Source: a bacterium (lineage in GTDB: Bacteria; Electryoneota; Electryoneia; Electryoneales; Electryoneaceae). From it: 64,000 nt of DNA. Under the pieces are notes generated by a model. That model did no database searches and had not been told where the DNA came from. It saw nothing but the letters and a program-made list of their open reading frames with translations. Positions 49,671-60,504 of the stretch are shown here, one piece after another. Location: NCBI GenBank assembly GCA_963675295.2, contig CAXXKJ010000002.1:3520001-3584000 (forward strand), written 5' to 3'. The position numbers and the translations under genes are program-made. The first letter of the stretch is position 1; each line of letters opens with the position of its first letter.

Positions 49671-51884
49671 TTATCTCCCCAAGGGTGACCGTGCCAGCTT
49701 CATGCGGAACGCTTCGATCGAATTGGGTTCACCCCGCGTATCCATGCCGATGCCGTAGTAGTTGGTGTTTGATAGCATCATCCGTTCCCCCGGATCGGGC
49801 ACAAGCAGTGTGCGATCATCGTTGAAGCGTGGGTCGGAATGCCGATCCGCCAGATCGTCCTCGGTCTGGTAGGTATCGTAGCCGTCCGTATCGAGGAAGA
49901 CCGCGACCTGGTTGCTGTACAAGTGTGGAAATGCACCCGGCGGCGGCGGATTGTACTGCTGGTAGTTGTTCCAGCCGTAGTTTCGGCCTTTGCGGGTGAC
50001 ATAGGCATCGCGCCCGCCGGTATCGACAAAGAACACTTGCGACATGTTGATCGCGTAGCCGAGTCCATCCCCCATGACACGGTAAAGGTCGTCCCCGCTG
50101 CGGTTGTAATTGAGCGCAACGCTGTAATCGTGTCCGAACGCGATCCCGTAGGCTTTCTCGTCCCAGAGATGGATTTCGTCGTCGCCGCCATCGTCAATCA
50201 TTGCCCCGATGGCGAAATGGGCTCCGGCTCCGGCGGCCCAGGCAGACGCGCGGTAGTAATCGTCACCTTCGCCATCGTAAAGGAATCCCATGCCGTACCA
50301 GTAGCCACAACCGAGCGACCAGTTGGCTGAGGTGTAGCGATCATTGCCGTAAAGGTCGATCAGCACACCCATGCCGCCGGCCCAGGAATGCCCGTCCGTG
50401 ATGTCACCGCGCCGTCCTACTCCGCAGCCCTGCGCGTACGAATAGTTGAGGTAGCTCTTGTGCGAATGGTAGTCGGGCCGGAAGACGGAATCGGAGACCA
50501 CTGGCTCGGCGTAGTATTCATCCCAGCCGGAACGGTTCAGTAACGCGCCGACGCCGCCGACGCCGCCGTAGCCCTGCCCGTCGCCGTGGATGCTGTACTT
50601 ATCGTCCCCACCGCCGTCCAGCGCGACACCGAGGCCGAAGTAGGACGCTCCCTGGCCGGAAGTCCAGAGGTGGTAGGTATCGTCGCCATCGTAGTCGGCG
50701 AGGACGCCGTAGCCCAGCATCGACGCGCCCTGTGCCAGCCGTTTCGCGGAATAGGTGTCGTTGCCCTCCATGTCGATCAACACACCAGCGCCGAGGATCG
50801 CGGCACCCTGTGACGGGAGATACTCTTCGTCGTTCTCGTAGCGGTCATGGCCGGACAAATCGATGGCGAGGCTGACGGGAATGTCCAGCGAGGGCGTCGC
50901 GCCAGCAGCACCTTTCCACGTGTCGTTGCCACCGAGATCGACCACGAGGCAGGCGTCGCTGTAGTCGTGAACGTTGTCGAACGCGTCACCGATTACGATC
51001 CGGCCGATCGGAGTCTGCAGGTTGAGAGTCTGCCGGTACGGGTCGACACGGTCGGCCTCGATCAGTGCTGCGAGCGAATCCGCCAGCTTCCAACCGCTCT
51101 GCAGCAGCTTGGACCCGGCGTAATAGATGGAATTCCTGTCGATGTTCTGCGCGCAATCCTCGAGCTCGGGATAGTATTCAAGGCCGTCGAATTGCGTTTC
51201 ACCGAGACGTCGGATGCGCCAGACCGCCTGCATGTCGGCCGGATCGATGTTTCGCCGCCCGGTTTCCGCATACTGGTAGGCATGGAGCAGGTGCAGCACG
51301 GTCTCAGCCATCAATCCGCGTACCTTGAGGTCGAGGCGATCCACCTGACGCAGCACGTCCGCTTCGTTCAGCGGAAAATCGGACGCTTCCCCCATCGCGT
51401 TGTAGCGCCAGGTGCGTCCGGTCGCCTTGTAAATTTCCCGGATCGCCGCCATCAACGGCTGGCCGGGCTCCGGTTCAGCCCAGAGAGAGGCACTATAAGC
51501 CCGCATCTGGCCGGTGGACTGCCGCACGCCGACGTAATAGACCGCACGCAGCAGCGCCTGTTCATCGTTGGCGAGCGCATCGGGGTGGAGATACTGGTCG
51601 GCGGCAACGGCCATCACCGAGGTGAAGTCATACAGTTTCAAGGGTTCGGCGAACAGATCGGTAAACGCGAGATTGATATACGGGATGTCATCCGGATCTG
51701 GAAACCGGGTCCAGTATCCTTTCGGCTCGAATCCGAGGTCCATCTCTTCCAATCCCGTCTGCTGCAGGATGGCGAGCAGGAGATCGTCCTCGGGTTGAAC
51801 GGGTTGAGCGAGCGGAATCGAGGTCAGGATGAGCAGGGCAAGCAAGTTCAGACAAAGGTGGCGAAAAACTCGCGATATGTTCAT
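49671..51884 (-). CDS. Secreted Gly/Asp-rich repeat protein ('G.L.D..G.D.Y....SQG' repeats)
   Basis: Signal peptide; about 10 repeats in the C-terminal half. Confidence 0.8.
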   Translation of the reverse strand: MNISRVFRHLCLNLLALLILTSIPLAQPVQPEDDLLLAILQQTGLEEMDLGFEPKGYWTRFPDPDDIPYINLAFTDLFAEPLKLYDFTSVMAVAADQYLHPDALANDEQALLRAVYYVGVRQSTGQMRAYSASLWAEPEPGQPLMAAIREIYKATGRTWRYNAMGEASDFPLNEADVLRQVDRLDLKVRGLMAETVLHLLHAYQYAETGRRNIDPADMQAVWRIRRLGETQFDGLEYYPELEDCAQNIDRNSIYYAGSKLLQSGWKLADSLAALIEADRVDPYRQTLNLQTPIGRIVIGDAFDNVHDYSDACLVVDLGGNDTWKGAAGATPSLDIPVSLAIDLSGHDRYENDEEYLPSQGAAILGAGVLIDMEGNDTYSAKRLAQGASMLGYGVLADYDGDDTYHLWTSGQGASYFGLGVALDGGGDDKYSIHGDGQGYGGVGGVGALLNRSGWDEYYAEPVVSDSVFRPDYHSHKSYLNYSYAQGCGVGRRGDITDGHSWAGGMGVLIDLYGNDRYTSANWSLGCGYWYGMGFLYDGEGDDYYRASAWAAGAGAHFAIGAMIDDGGDDEIHLWDEKAYGIAFGHDYSVALNYNRSGDDLYRVMGDGLGYAINMSQVFFVDTGGRDAYVTRKGRNYGWNNYQQYNPPPPGAFPHLYSNQVAVFLDTDGYDTYQTEDDLADRHSDPRFNDDRTLLVPDPGERMMLSNTNYYGIGMDTRGEPNSIEAFRMKLARSPLGR

Positions 51885-52096
51885 TCGCGATCCGTCCTCA
51901 GGTTGAATGTGAGAAGAAACTCACTCTAAAAGTCTAGCTTAATAAAGCTATTGTAAGATAAGCAGGGAAGCGTGAGGGGTAAAACATTTTGGAGTCGGAG
52001 GAAGAAATGTAACTATTTGAAGTTGCTCAAGTTACAGGAGGACGACGAGAGAGAGCTCGCCGTAGCGCACGGTTATCGCTGGCTTTCCGTGGCGGG

Positions 52097-52393
52097 CTAG
52101 AATTCGTACAAGCTGTCGGACGAGTCAAAATCGGCCGTGTCGAAATCGGACAGGTCCGGTTCGTTGTAGATACCGGCGACTCCTGCCCCCGACCGAATCA
52201 TCTTGCGTGCGCGCTGCAGATCATGCGGGCGCACCATGATGCGGATCACAGTGTTGTCACGTCCTGACTTCATTCCCCGCGGACGTTCCTGTTCCAGTTC
52301 AGCGTCGATGTCCGCGTCAAACAGTGCGGATTGCACCATCTGCGCTTCCAGATCATCACCATACTCAGCGAGGACCACGAATTCCTGATTCAT
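52097..52393 (-). CDS. DUF2007-like putative signal-transducing protein
   Basis: 'EAQMVQSAL..ADI...I.V...DL.RA..I'; SD GGGAGG. Confidence 0.75.
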   Translation of the reverse strand: MNQEFVVLAEYGDDLEAQMVQSALFDADIDAELEQERPRGMKSGRDNTVIRIMVRPHDLQRARKMIRSGAGVAGIYNEPDLSDFDTADFDSSDSLYEF

Positions 52394-53347
52394 GGGGACC
52401 TCCCTTCAACTGGGTTCGACTTCACCCCCTTGTCGACGCCCAACTATCCCTCGAAAGTGAGTTTACGCACAGGCTAAGAAGCAAGGCAAGAGGAATTGTC
52501 AAAATGATAAAAATTAGTCATGCGATGGACTCCACCTCGTTGGGACAGCAGCGGTCCTCCCTGCCTCCGGTCGAGTTGCATACGTAAGACGCTTTAGTTA
52601 TTTTTGGAATATTCTGATATTTCGGTTCTAATAATTGATGAGAAATATCGGCTTCACCTGTCAGTACGATGTTGGAATCCGAAGAGGACGGAATGAGTGA
52701 ACGGGAGCACTTGGGGTGTCGCGAAGCGAACCTGTTGAAACGTAAGAATTTGCATTAGACTAATACGTTTCGCCTCTGGGAGCGCGAATTCCCGAATATC
52801 AAAAATTGAATTGCATTGACGCAACTGGATCGTTATCCTTTTTGTCCCGAGTAAGGGGAACCTTATTTTTTGAGTGGCTGTTGTCAGCGGCGAACAGAGT
52901 TGAACGCGTACAAGGGGTTCCACACACCACCTTCCAAACCAGCCGCTGAAAGATGTCAGCCGATACGTGAGGACCAGCCAAACTGGATTGTTGCCACCAC
53001 ATGACGAGAAGCTCTCACGGAATTCGAGAGCAGTAGATCAAGCCCGAACATTTTCTTGCTTTTCTTAAACATTTCAAACGATTTAGCAGTTACGAGCGTT
53101 TTGGCATGAGCTTTGATTTTTCGATAGACGTGGAGGAATAAACATCGTTCACGAACGAAAAACCTCCGGAGCAGGGTAACGAGTTTTGTTGGAACGTTGA
53201 GTTCTGGTTGAGGGTACCCGGAACGAAGATGCTCCGGTTTTCATTCCCGGGACACGAGACCAGGTAACAGTAGTTCGGTTTAAGCCTGTAGGGTTAAACC
53301 CGATCAAGTAGCCAGTCAAGGTAGTTAGATCCAGGAGAGAACAAGAG

Positions 53348-55594
53348 ATGAAAAACCATTGGTTGTTGCTTTTCTGCCTTCTGTTCGTCGTTGGTACCGC
53401 CTTCGCGCAGACTCCGCCGCGCGCGTTGCTCGGTTCGTTTGACGATCAGACCGGCGCAGTCGATCTGATGTGGTCGGTTCCGACCAGTGAATCCGAATGG
53501 ATGGAAGATTTTGAAGATGGTACCGCGGATGATTTCTCTTACGACAACGCTGCGAACTGGATGGTTTCCGGTGGCATGCTGTCGGGTACCTTCACCCCGG
53601 CCTCCTCGGCTGACCAGTGGGAAGCTGCTTCCTACTCGGGCATGACCTGGGGCGACGGCATCTTCGAAGCCGAAATGACCCGTTCGCAGGGTACGGACAC
53701 GTTCTCGCTGGGTACCTTCGTTCATGGTACTGGCGCGTACGATGCGACCTACAGCGGTTACATGTTCAACATCGCTCCGTCGGCGAGCCTCGGTGGTGCG
53801 ATCTTCGTCGCCCAGATTAACTCTGGCGTGGTTGGCACTGTTTACGCGTCCTGGGTGGATGCCGACATGAACCTCGGCGTTGGCGCGACCAACAACGTGG
53901 CGATTGTTGCTGATGGTAGCGATTACTACATGTTCATCAATGGTGCTGAAGTCTTTGCGTTCACCGACTTCATGTACACCACGGGTGAATTCGGCGTTGG
54001 TTTCGCGGAAGATATCGCGGTAACCGGTGCTGTCGATTACGAATACATGGCGTATGATGGTGGCATGACTGTCGCGACCAACATGGTTCCGCAGGAAGGT
54101 GGCATCATTGGTATGGCTGACGCGATGCGTCTGCCGGAAGGTTTCCGTGGCCAGCAGACGAAGTCGCAGGTCAAGGGCCTCCTGTATGCCAACGGCGTGT
54201 TCCAGGGTCAGAGCCAGAACGTGACGGACGACTTCATCGAGTTCCGTGTTTATCGTGATGGTACGTTCCTCGACGCCACGACCAACACCAACTACAGCAC
54301 CAACCTTCCGGGCTTTGGTGCGTTCGACTTCACCGTGACCGCGTTCTTCGATGAAGGCGAATCCGATGCGATTGGTCCGTACTCGGTGAACTGGCTGGAT
54401 CCGTCGTTTGTCCGTCTGAGCGAGAACTTCGACGACGGTCTCCCGGGCGACTGGATGGTTGAAACCACGATCGCTTCCGGTACCTGGCAGCTTGATGATG
54501 GTACCCTTCCGAACAGCCGCGGCATCTTCGCGACGCCGTACATGCTGGTTGACTCCGACTATCCGGGCAGTGGCGTCCACCTGATGGAACGTCTGATCAC
54601 GCCGGAAGTCAACGTCGACAACTCGACCTACAAAGAGTTCAGCTACCGTTACTATTTCGAAGAATACGAAATGGAACAGATGGACGTTCAGTGGTCCATC
54701 GACGGTGGTTCGAACTGGAATACGATTGTCACGTACGATGCGACCAGCGGCCCGGCGGTTGAGACGTTCGACGTTTCCGCTCCGCTTGATGGTCAGCCGT
54801 CCGTGTGGTTCTCGTGGTACTATGATGACCTCGGTAGCTGGGGTTGGTACGCCGCGGTTGATGATGTCCAGGTTTACTGCGAAGGCGAAGCTGGTCCTGT
54901 GACCCTCGACCTGATGCCGACGAACGTCGACATCCCGGTTGGCGGTGGCGATGTGGTTTATGATGCCAGCGTTGTCAGCACCATCGGTGCTTCGATGATG
55001 GGTCTGCGTTACCAGACCTTCGTGACCATCCCGAACCAGCAGGTCTTTGGTCCGCTGTCGAACATCCCGTGGAACCTGACTCCGTTCATGGATGTTACGG
55101 TTACCGGTCTGACGCAGTCGATCCCGGCCAACGCTCCGGCTGGCGACTATGTCTTCACCGGCATTGCCGGCGTCCCGAACAACCCGAACCTTCAGATCTC
55201 CGACAGCTTCAACTTCAACAAGGCTGGCGCTGCGGCTGATGGTACGTTCGAATTCAACCCGGAAGACTGGGCTGCCACCGGTTCGTTCATTATTGCTGAC
55301 GATGCGGCGCAGACGGTTGAGCTGCCGAAGGAATTCGCTCTGCAGCAGGCGTATCCGAACCCGTTCAACCCGACGACCAACGTCGCGGTTGCCCTGCCGG
55401 AAACGGCTGACCTCAAGGTCACCGTCTTCAACGTGATGGGCCAGCAGGTTGCGACCCTCGCGAACGGCCAGATGAACGCCGGTACGCACAGCTTCGTGTT
55501 CGACGCTTCGCACCTCGCCAGTGGCCTGTATTTCATCCAGGCGCAGGTCCCGGGTCAGCTGAACGCGATCCAGAAGGTCACCCTGATGAAGTAA
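53348..55594 (+). CDS. Secreted multi-domain surface protein (FN3/lectin/MAM-like) with Ig-like domain and T9SS-like CTD; likely highly expressed
   Basis: SD AGGAG; signal peptide; FRVYRDG...GES FN3-like; ENFD...W MAM/cleaved-adhesin-like; YPNPFNP...KVTLMK; strong GGT/CGT/TTC/AAC codon bias. Confidence 0.9.
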   Translation: MKNHWLLLFCLLFVVGTAFAQTPPRALLGSFDDQTGAVDLMWSVPTSESEWMEDFEDGTADDFSYDNAANWMVSGGMLSGTFTPASSADQWEAASYSGMTWGDGIFEAEMTRSQGTDTFSLGTFVHGTGAYDATYSGYMFNIAPSASLGGAIFVAQINSGVVGTVYASWVDADMNLGVGATNNVAIVADGSDYYMFINGAEVFAFTDFMYTTGEFGVGFAEDIAVTGAVDYEYMAYDGGMTVATNMVPQEGGIIGMADAMRLPEGFRGQQTKSQVKGLLYANGVFQGQSQNVTDDFIEFRVYRDGTFLDATTNTNYSTNLPGFGAFDFTVTAFFDEGESDAIGPYSVNWLDPSFVRLSENFDDGLPGDWMVETTIASGTWQLDDGTLPNSRGIFATPYMLVDSDYPGSGVHLMERLITPEVNVDNSTYKEFSYRYYFEEYEMEQMDVQWSIDGGSNWNTIVTYDATSGPAVETFDVSAPLDGQPSVWFSWYYDDLGSWGWYAAVDDVQVYCEGEAGPVTLDLMPTNVDIPVGGGDVVYDASVVSTIGASMMGLRYQTFVTIPNQQVFGPLSNIPWNLTPFMDVTVTGLTQSIPANAPAGDYVFTGIAGVPNNPNLQISDSFNFNKAGAAADGTFEFNPEDWAATGSFIIADDAAQTVELPKEFALQQAYPNPFNPTTNVAVALPETADLKVTVFNVMGQQVATLANGQMNAGTHSFVFDASHLASGLYFIQAQVPGQLNAIQKVTLMK

Positions 55595-55617
55595 GCTTCA
55601 TCATCAGATGATCATTC

Positions 55618-55653
55618 AACGGGATCCCGCATGTGCGGGGTCCCGTTTTTTCT
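55618..55653 (+). terminator. Rho-independent terminator
   Basis: ACGGGATCCCGC-atgt-GCGGGGTCCCGT-TTTTT. Confidence 0.85.
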
Positions 55654-55890
55654 TGCCCGGGCAGAATCTGCCTGCTTCCCTCGACTTCCACGACTTGCTC
55701 TCAGTTGTACGTAAACACCCATTTCTTCCGAACAATCCACCAAACTCATTACTATTACAGCGGTTAGACCGTTACCCTGAGACATCATCGCAATCCGGGC
55801 TCTGAATTCCTCGCCAACTGGGCATTGGAACAGGAGTTGCTCACGTTTCAGTGGATCATAGTCTCGGAATACGAAGCGAACTGGAGAATC

Positions 55891-57927
55891 ATGCTTCGCG
55901 CGATTGTTCATCTGCACCGGGCGTCGCACTTGCCGCATGCGATTCCGCTGCTGCACGTGCTGCGCCAAGCGAAAAACTGGCAGTTGGTGGTAACGCGTTC
56001 GGCGTACGACGCTGCGGAGAAGGTTGGCCTGCCGCCGTTGTACGAGGAGCGCCTGCACCGGCTGGGGCTGCGTGTGCTGCCGCTCGACGAAGCCGGGCCG
56101 GCGGATATCTGTTTCACGTTCGAACCGGTGCGTGAGCTCGTCGGCTGCGCGGACAAGATCGTACAGCTCCCGGCAAGTTTGATCGGGAAAGGGCTGCGTT
56201 ACGGTGGCGGCAGCACGGTCGCCCGTGACAACCTCGCCGACCTGCAGATCGTGCCGGGCCGGTGGCACGCCGACCGGATGCAACGCAGTGGTGGAGTCTT
56301 CGTGCCGGTGATCGCGGCTGGTTTGCCGGCTCTTGACCCGATCCTCGGCGGGTGGGTCGCGCAACGGGAAGTATTGCGCCAGCAGCTGCGGATCGAACCG
56401 CACCAAAAGGCAATCCTCTACGCGCCGACGTGGAATCCGGAACTGTCCTCCGCCCCGCTATTGTGGACACGGGTTCGCGCCTTGGCGACACCTGAGCGGG
56501 TGCTGATACTGCGGCCGCATCCGTATCTGCCGGACGAATATCAGCAGGCGTGTGCCGACCTCGAGAAGGGCGACGCGAACATCCGTGTCGCGCGCGAGCC
56601 GGACCTGCAGCCGTACCTGCACGTGGCGGATGTGGTCATCTCGGACCTCTCCTCGGTGGCGTGGGAAGCGGCGGTGCTGGACAAGCCGGTGGTGCGTTTC
56701 GACACGCCGAACCATCGTGAATACACACAGTTCGACGACAGCGACCCCGAGTACAAGCTGACGGACATCGGACCGGTGGCGCGTACGCTGGACGAGCTGC
56801 GCGCGGCGGTGGATCAGGCGCTGGCGGAACCGCTGCGTGGAGCGGAACAGCGCAGAGCGGTGCGCGACCAACTGCTCGCGGACACGCAGGGAACAGCCTG
56901 CGCGCGCATCTTGCAGGCGGCAGGTGAGCTGGTGCAGCAGGATGCGTCGTCAGCCGCGACAAATCAGGCAACGGTCAATGTGCTGGTCGATGCGCGGGGA
57001 GCGTCGCTGAACGCTGTCGATGGCACGATTGAGGCGGTGCTCGATCGTGGCCGGGAACCGGCTGCGGTTCATCTGCTTGGCGTGGCGAATTTCTCGCCGG
57101 ATGTCATCTCCGGGTGGGAGACTCGTTGGCCGGGACGAGTACGCACCGATCAACTGCCAAAACAACTGGCGGCGGACCCCAAGGCGCACCTGTTGCTGCT
57201 GAAAGCGGGTACGGTCGGGACGCACGGCTGGCTGTTCCGTCTCGTGAACCATGTGCGGCGTCATGCGGGGTTGGATGCGGTCGCGCCGCTGGCGGTCGGT
57301 GGACGGCCGGTGCAGGAACCGGACGTCCGCATTCAACAGGGTGATGGGATTGATCCGGCGTATGAGTCGCTTGACGCTCGTCTCCAGTTTCACCAGGCAG
57401 GCGAGCTGCTTGAGCCGACGCAGGCGCCTGCGCCGGACGCCATTCTGCTGCGTACCGGATCGCCGCTGACCACCGCGTTATTGCCTCGTTGGCGCAAACG
57501 CGAGTGGCCGGACACAGCGGAAAAGATCCCAGTCGGCATTGCGCCGGATGTGGTGCTCGAGTTCAGCGGACGGCGAGTGGATGTGACCCGCGTAGCAACA
57601 TCGCTAAACGAGGATGATCGTGCCCGTGCGGAAGAACGGGTGCGTGAGTTGAGCCAGTGGATTCAACGTGGCATGCCGCAGCGGATTCGGAACGTGAAGG
57701 CGGATGCGATTGCACAACCCGCCGCAGTGACACTTGATCCCGCAACTCTGCCCGGCCCGTTACGGCTGGCGCATCACTACATCGAGCAGGGCAAGCTGGA
57801 CCGTGCCGGGAAATTGCTCGAACGCGTATTGCATGAGTCCCCCGGCGATCCGGCGGCGATACAATTCGCACGGCAGGCGGGGATTTCGGTCAACGGATTC
57901 GTTTCGGCGACGGGAGGCCGGTCATGA
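55891..57927 (+). CDS. CDP-glycerol glycerophosphotransferase (TagB/TagF) family protein fused to a degenerate GT2-like domain and TPR
   Basis: ILYAPTWN; LRPHP; ADVVISDLSSV..EA..LDKPV; C-terminal TPR-like helix pair. Confidence 0.8.
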   Translation: MLRAIVHLHRASHLPHAIPLLHVLRQAKNWQLVVTRSAYDAAEKVGLPPLYEERLHRLGLRVLPLDEAGPADICFTFEPVRELVGCADKIVQLPASLIGKGLRYGGGSTVARDNLADLQIVPGRWHADRMQRSGGVFVPVIAAGLPALDPILGGWVAQREVLRQQLRIEPHQKAILYAPTWNPELSSAPLLWTRVRALATPERVLILRPHPYLPDEYQQACADLEKGDANIRVAREPDLQPYLHVADVVISDLSSVAWEAAVLDKPVVRFDTPNHREYTQFDDSDPEYKLTDIGPVARTLDELRAAVDQALAEPLRGAEQRRAVRDQLLADTQGTACARILQAAGELVQQDASSAATNQATVNVLVDARGASLNAVDGTIEAVLDRGREPAAVHLLGVANFSPDVISGWETRWPGRVRTDQLPKQLAADPKAHLLLLKAGTVGTHGWLFRLVNHVRRHAGLDAVAPLAVGGRPVQEPDVRIQQGDGIDPAYESLDARLQFHQAGELLEPTQAPAPDAILLRTGSPLTTALLPRWRKREWPDTAEKIPVGIAPDVVLEFSGRRVDVTRVATSLNEDDRARAEERVRELSQWIQRGMPQRIRNVKADAIAQPAAVTLDPATLPGPLRLAHHYIEQGKLDRAGKLLERVLHESPGDPAAIQFARQAGISVNGFVSATGGRS

Positions 57928-59045
57928 AAAGCGCGCCGCGCATTCTGTTTTATATCAAGCGCAACCTGCACCTGCCGCATGTCGAACCGATCCTGCGCTG
58001 GATGGAGACACAAACGCCCGAGGTCCAGGTGCGGGTTTCCGCGCCGCCGTGGATTGCGCCCACCGAGGGCCTGCCCGGCACCGGCCTGACCGCGACCGAA
58101 ATCGAGGCGGTCAAGGCGAAAGGGCTGGAATGGTTGCCATACGACGAGATCGCGGACTGGTCGCCGGACGCGACGATCATGGCGGACGCTGATTACGCCG
58201 GGCTGCATTGGCCGGGCAAGCTGGTCAATGTCAACCACGGCCTGATCTCGAAGGGCTGGTATTACACGAACAAGCCCGGTGTGCAACGCGAGAACCAGGG
58301 CGATCTGATCTGTGTGCCGGGTCCGTACCACGCCGAAGTTTTGACCCCGATGCTGAGCAAGCCGGTGGTCGCGACGGGGCTGGTCAAATTCGATCCGGTC
58401 GGGCGCGGTGAGCTCACGCAGCAGTCCGCGCGGACGATGCTCGGTCTGCCGCTCGCGGCGGAGGTGGTGCTGCTCGCGCCGACGTTCAACATGGAGCTGT
58501 CCGCGGTGCCCGTGCTGGCCGACCGTGCGCGGGAGCTGGTGCATGCGGCGGCGGGACGGGGGGAACGTCACCTGCTGATCAAGCTGCACGGCATGGCGCC
58601 GCCGGTGTGGCAGGAGATGTACCGGCTGCTGGCGGCGTTGGAGCAGCGAATTCACTACGTCGACAGCCCGGACCTGACGCCGTCCCTGATGGCGGCGAGT
58701 GTGGTCATCTCGGACGTGTCGAGCGCGTACATGGAGGCGATCGCGTTGGATCGGCCGGTGGTGCTGGTCGACAACCCGTTGCAGACACGCTACTTCAACT
58801 ACGATCCCAACGACATCGAGTACCGTTGGCGGGATGTCGGCATACGGGCGAAGACGGCGGACGATGTCCTCGCGGCGGTGGACCACTGCTTCGCGCATCC
58901 GGAGGAAAAGGTCGATGCGCGGCGTACCTACGGCCGGAAACTGGTTGGCGCGATTGACGGGCGGGCGTCAGAACGGGCCGCGCTGGCGATTCTGACACTG
59001 CTGGAACGGGAAGAACTGGTGATGAAGGCCGCGGCGAACGGCTGA
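57924..59045 (+). CDS. CDP-glycerol glycerophosphotransferase (TagB/TagF) family protein
   Basis: NHGL..KG; TGLVKFD; LLAPTFN; IKLHG; ISDVSS..EA..LDRPV; DGRASER; ATGA overlap. Confidence 0.85.
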   Translation: MKSAPRILFYIKRNLHLPHVEPILRWMETQTPEVQVRVSAPPWIAPTEGLPGTGLTATEIEAVKAKGLEWLPYDEIADWSPDATIMADADYAGLHWPGKLVNVNHGLISKGWYYTNKPGVQRENQGDLICVPGPYHAEVLTPMLSKPVVATGLVKFDPVGRGELTQQSARTMLGLPLAAEVVLLAPTFNMELSAVPVLADRARELVHAAAGRGERHLLIKLHGMAPPVWQEMYRLLAALEQRIHYVDSPDLTPSLMAASVVISDVSSAYMEAIALDRPVVLVDNPLQTRYFNYDPNDIEYRWRDVGIRAKTADDVLAAVDHCFAHPEEKVDARRTYGRKLVGAIDGRASERAALAILTLLEREELVMKAAANG

Positions 59046-59058
59046 ACGGCGACTCAAC

Positions 59059-59330
59059 CACGGAATACACGGAATAAACGGAACTGACTAACTGACGACG
59101 GGTGGCCCGGGGCTTTAGCCTCGGGTCTCACATCCGTTCGAGCTGTGAGCCGTGAGCGATGAGCAGTGAGCAAACCAACAGGGGACATCTGGCGGTACTT
59201 GCGGACGGTGGATCGGTGCGTTGAGGTTGGATCGCTATCCGACGTGGATTCAACGTGACTACAGGTTCTGTGCCGACAGGTGTCCCCGGAATCTTCAGAC
59301 AAGCCTTGCTGGCGGAGCCATCAGGGGCAC
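59059..59330. repeat. Composite repeat zone: 9-mer CACGGAATA x2-3, GAGCNGT heptamers, inverted REP-C pair, REP-A
   Basis: cacggaata cacggaata aacggaact; gagctgt gagccgt gagcgat gagcagt; ggggacatctggcggtac / gtgccgacaggtgtcccc; REP-A ending GCAC at 59330. Confidence 0.75.
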
Positions 59331-60504
59331 ATTTTTCAAGATGCCCGCAGGAGCTTCAGTTGGCTACCGCGGCTTACGGACGGTTGACCCCTACGAACCG
59401 CCGAAACAGACCGTCGGGTCACACGGACATGAGCGGACAGATTCACTCCTTGCTGAAGCTGAGGCTATCGCCGGGGACGAACCCATACCCTCCCGCTGCG
59501 GCACGGACAGTCATCCGGTAGTCGCCGACGGGTAGTCCGCCGGGAACGGTCAATCCGAGATCGGGCCAGGTCAGCCACTCGCCGTTGGTGACCGTCATGC
59601 GACGGTGCCAGACACGGGCGCGGTTGCCGTTCGGGCCGGTGACGTCGGCCCACAGATGGCCGTTAATCGGCTGCGGGAACTGGTTGTAGACCATGCCGTC
59701 GAAGACGACCTCGCCGCCGGCGGACGGAACCGTCGTATGACGAGGAACCAAACGGATGATGAATTGCGGCGGGTCATTGGACGGGTTTTCGTACCAGTAG
59801 ATGTGTTCGTTGAACAGGTCGATGTCGCCGTCGTTGTCGGTGTCGGCTTTCTCGAGGATCTCGAAATCGTAGGGATCGTCGGGTTCGAATTGCTGCTGGA
59901 CGAAGGTCTCGTCATCGCCTTGATTGACGAAGAAGATCCCGCCAACTGCTACGTCCATATCGCTGTCGCCATCGATGTCGAGCATACGAAGGGGCCGTGA
60001 GGCATTCATTTCTTCATGGTCAATTGGATACAGTATTGTGTGGCGTGAAAATGCCATGCCGCCTTGATTTTCCCACCAGGCAATCTCACCAAACCAAAGT
60101 GTTGTAAATGCATAACGTTGTGTGACGAAATCAAGGTCGCCGTCCCCGTCAAAATCGTCGATATCGTAGTAATCGAAGAAAAACGCGAATCCGCCGGGAA
60201 GTGGATCGAGTTCGATCGAAGTCCACCCATTGGCGGAACCGAAGTGAGCTTCCAGACCGTCCTCGGTAGCCATCAGGAAATCAAGCCAGCCATTCCCATC
60301 GAAATCGACGAGCTCTGAGGGACGGGTACCGCCAAGACTTGTGTTTACCTCAATCTCGAAGGTGCCGTCTGGTTGTTGCAGCCAGAGGTGAATCGCACCA
60401 ATCAGATCTGGATCAGGACCAAACCGGGTCAAGAAATCGATATCTCCGTCGTTGTCAAGATCGCCGGGGTGGATCGTGCCAATGTTTTCAACATGTGTAA
60501 TGAA

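Noticed and set aside
52411-52430. tRNA T-arm-like GGTTCGAC
   Set aside because: No cloverleaf; it lies in the leader of the DUF2007-like gene
53102-53116. Sigma-54 promoter TGGCATG-N4-TTGA
   Set aside because: The -12 GC dinucleotide is GA, so the match is insufficient
53294-55513. 739-aa antisense ORF, and similar shadow ORFs at 40903-42180, 19289-20671 and 57777-58898
   Set aside because: Mirror frames of well-supported genes, caused by codon bias in GC-rich DNA; no recognisable motifs
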